Shown: positions 63,982-64,000 of the stretch, piece by piece
How positions within the stretch are numbered: position 1 is the stretch's first letter
Layout of the letters: each line of letters opens with the position of its first letter
Assembly (NCBI GenBank): GCA_002269645.1
Contig: NIVC01001515.1
Location: 62,001-126,000 of the forward strand
Direction: 5' to 3'
Source: Macrostomum lignano
Lineage: Eukaryota
Length of the DNA stretch: 64,000 bases
Notes under the pieces: generated by a model
Told to the model about the DNA's origin: nothing
Databases searched by the model: none
What the model saw: the letters and a program-made list of their open reading frames with translations, nothing else
Translations under genes and position numbers: made by a program

Positions 63982-64000
63982 TTGAGACGATGCGCTCTGA

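Noticed and set aside
47900-64000. TET/JBP dioxygenase gene, as found with fungal KDZ elements
   Set aside because: No HxD...H 2OG-Fe(II) dioxygenase-like frame was found in the window.

Overview
This is animal (eukaryotic) genomic DNA with spliceosomal introns, GC-rich coding exons, kb-scale AT-rich islands and many minisatellites. The overall style suggests a free-living flatworm such as Macrostomum, but that is an inference. The left two-thirds holds host genes, all on the minus strand: a 2-exon neuropeptide-type class A GPCR with atypical motifs, an 8-exon Dishevelled (DIX-PDZ-DEP), a single-exon orphan ORF, and a 3-exon KDELC/POGLUT2-3-like glucosyltransferase. The right third (about 47.9-64 kb) is a nested mobile-element zone with three standout items. 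First, a splice-phase-consistent 6-exon gene whose product reads as HMG-like helices, a TFII-I/GTF2I-like N-terminal domain and I-repeat, and an FN3-like domain. Second, a 1.93-kb element with 195-bp terminal inverted repeats, carrying a decayed transposase C-terminus (SRH/SWIM-like) that runs into a ubiquitin-specific protease (USP) Cys-box domain. Third, an apparently intact, intron-rich KDZ (Kyakuja-Dileera-Zisupton) transposase gene. Also present are a Gypsy LTR/gag end, a MULE remnant, two tRNA-derived SINE families (one with a CORE/MIR-like domain), an RTE-like LINE fragment, foldback/MITE elements and about 20 tandem arrays. Exon boundaries and reading phases were worked out by hand. 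All protein family assignments come from motif recognition, not database searches.
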